The notes under the pieces: generated by a model
Seen by the model: only the letters and a program-made list of their open reading frames with translations
The model's database searches: none
What the model was told of the DNA's origin: nothing
Shown: in pieces, positions 61,298 to 64,000 of the stretch
How the letters are laid out: every line of letters starts with the position of its first letter
How positions within the stretch are numbered: the stretch's first letter is position 1
From: an uncultured delta proteobacterium
GTDB lineage: Bacteria > Desulfobacterota > WTBG01 > CAIYCZ01 > CAIRTM01
Assembly: GCA_963804955.1 (NCBI GenBank)
Contig: CAWDSQ010000008.1
Location: forward strand, 32,001-96,000
DNA: 64,000 bases
Direction of reading: 5' to 3'
Position numbers and translations under genes: made by a program

Positions 61298-62064
61298 AAG
61301 TGTGTCATGGTGCCGCAAGGAAAGTTCAGAGTCCTGTGTTCGGAGTTCAGAGCGTAGGGGCACGGTGCCCGCCCCTGAGTTCGGTGTTCGGAGTATGAAA
61401 TTCAAGATTTCCGGATTCAAGATTCAAAATAATTTTCCCCCCTCGTGGGAGGGAATGAAAGGGAGGGGGATTGAATTTAAAATCAATTCAGGATTGCACT
61501 CTCAACAAAAAACGGCATTCAGTAATCTGTGGTTTTTACAAATCTTCGCTTAACCTTGGAGCGCAGCCCGTTCTTGTTTGGGTGGGACGCAGCGCATTTG
61601 TTTAGCACTTTAGATTGCTGATTCATGCTACATGAAGAAAAAAAAAGCATGAAGATTATTGGCCCAGGCAGGCTCGGGAGAGATCTTTGTAGTAAGTAAA
61701 ATCAATGGCTTAAGATTGATGCGCGGGAACCTAGAATTAAATATAGATTCATGATTCAAAATTTAAGTTAAATGGGGGAGGAGTGAAGAGATTCAAAATT
61801 CAACATTGAGGATGGCAAACATATTCCACGGTTTAAATCAGTGAATTTTATCCTGAATCCATCCGGAATCAATTTATTCATCTTGAATCAGCAATCTTGA
61901 ATTGATTAAAAAATTGTAGGGGCAAACCTGTGTTGGTTTGCCCCAGGGGGCGGTTGAGGTGGAGGGAGCAGAAAGGGCTCCGAGAGCATATCCGTCGCAT
62001 AAGGGGAGGAATGTGCCGGACATGCTCCGCATTGCCCTGTTTGTTTTAAGTTTTTTTCTGCATG

Positions 62065-63024
62065 TTAGTTATCGCAGACATTACCAATGCCATCGTGGTC
62101 CCGATCTTTTTGCGACATCCTGCAAAAGTTCCACCAGGCGCCCGCGCACTCACTTTTGCCTGTGCATGGTCCGCCCGAAACACAGGTTCCCAGCAGTGGT
62201 CCATTCGGCGTATCCGGGCAATTGTCTTCTGCATCATCAATGCCGTCCTGGTCTGCATCAGCATATGCACTATCAGTAAACACCGCAGTAGGATATTCAC
62301 GCTTCAGAGCGTTAAATCCTTTTCTGCCGGCTATATAGTACACGGTAAAACCGCTTGCGCCGCCTGCGAAAACGAATTCTCCCATCTTCGGCGCATTTCC
62401 GTAAAAATACGCGCCTTCCAGGACGGCGCAATCAGCAAATGCCTCATCCCACATGCGGGTAACGCTGGCAGGAAGGGTAACTCTGGCCAGACCGGAGCAC
62501 TTCGCAAACGCAAACTCCCCAATTGTTTTAATGCTGGCAGGGAAGGTCACGCCGGTTAAGCCGGCAGAGCCATAAAACGCCCATAGAGCAATGTTCGAAA
62601 CGCTGTCAGGTATGGTGAATTCACCGGATTTTCCGGCAGGATAGGTAATAAGCGTTGTTTTATTTTTATTGTAAAGAACGCCCGTCAAGCTGCTATAGGC
62701 AGTGTTGTCAGGGGCAACAGCTATGCTGGTCAAACCGGTGCAATTCGAAAATGCATAATCCCCGATTTTTGAAACGCTGCCAGGGATGACAACGCTCGTT
62801 ATACCGGTGTCTGCAAATGCTGCAAAACCAATGCTCTCAACCGGCATACCGTCTATAGCAGGTGGAATAACAACAGCCCCGCCGACGCCGTCATAGCACA
62901 TGATTTTGATAGCGCCGTTAAATTCTTCATAATAAAAATCCCCATCCTGCTGTGCAAAAGCAGACGAGCACAAAAACACAAACCCGATTAATGACACAAT
63001 ATATGTTGCTTTTCTTATCTTCAT
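62065..63024 (-). CDS. Secreted BspA-type leucine-rich-repeat protein with TSP3-like Ca-binding repeats
   Basis: Signal peptide; IP.SV..IG..AF..C..L repeats; DADQDGIDDAEDNCP and DRDHDGIGNVCDN. Confidence 0.85.
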   Translation of the reverse strand: MKIRKATYIVSLIGFVFLCSSAFAQQDGDFYYEEFNGAIKIMCYDGVGGAVVIPPAIDGMPVESIGFAAFADTGITSVVIPGSVSKIGDYAFSNCTGLTSIAVAPDNTAYSSLTGVLYNKNKTTLITYPAGKSGEFTIPDSVSNIALWAFYGSAGLTGVTFPASIKTIGEFAFAKCSGLARVTLPASVTRMWDEAFADCAVLEGAYFYGNAPKMGEFVFAGGASGFTVYYIAGRKGFNALKREYPTAVFTDSAYADADQDGIDDAEDNCPDTPNGPLLGTCVSGGPCTGKSECAGAWWNFCRMSQKDRDHDGIGNVCDN

Positions 63025-63336
63025 ATACCCTCCTGAAAAAATATTTTTTACGCTTTTCCGAAAACTGATCAACAAGCTCTGCCCGCGTTACAATGGGGTG
63101 CAAGCCTGGCGCCGCTCCTGTGCATGTATCTGTTTGCTGTGCTGTCACGTTGGTTCCATAACTACCCCTGTTTGAAGGTTTTCGTCACTGTGTACCGCTC
63201 ATGTACTGCAGCTAATCCATTTCAAGAACGATGCCATGCGATAAAAAATTATTCCGGAATAAAAACCCCCATGAATTCAGCAGATTACACGGTTGCCCGT
63301 ATACAGAATTCTGAAATGACGCTGAACGGCTCTGTG

Positions 63337-64000
<664 letters not shown>

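Overview
Bacterial chromosomal window; the gene content suggests an anaerobic deltaproteobacterium/Desulfobacterota-like organism (inference only). Many genes carry apparent single-base frameshifts, probably assembly errors. The window has three parts. (1) 1-5.1 kb: core genes (yicC, heptose kinase fused to DUF4416, apt, mtnP, a response regulator, a PilZ protein). (2) 5.27-23.0 kb: a tRNA-Asn(GTT) gene followed by six gene cassettes of 0.9-7.5 kb. Each cassette ends in a conserved junction made of a 22-23-bp left arm, a degenerate copy of the tRNA 3' 18 nt and a terminator. No integrase is visible. The geometry fits repeated site-specific integration of integrase-less cassettes at the tRNA, i.e. 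an integron-like, tRNA-anchored array; this is the main candidate novel system. Cargo includes toxin-antitoxin pairs, envelope proteins, YeeE transporters, a sigma-54 two-component locus, a transglutaminase and FISUMP lipoproteins. (3) 23.5-64 kb: a cluster of about 20 signal-transduction genes with near-identical shuffled REC, PAS and kinase modules. Four sigma-54-type promoters here share one enhancer motif. The intergenic spacers are mosaics of heptamer tandem repeats, GTAG-type REPs, MITEs, a DUF559 element and a four-helix-bundle gene. All family assignments come from motif recognition by eye; no database searches were run.
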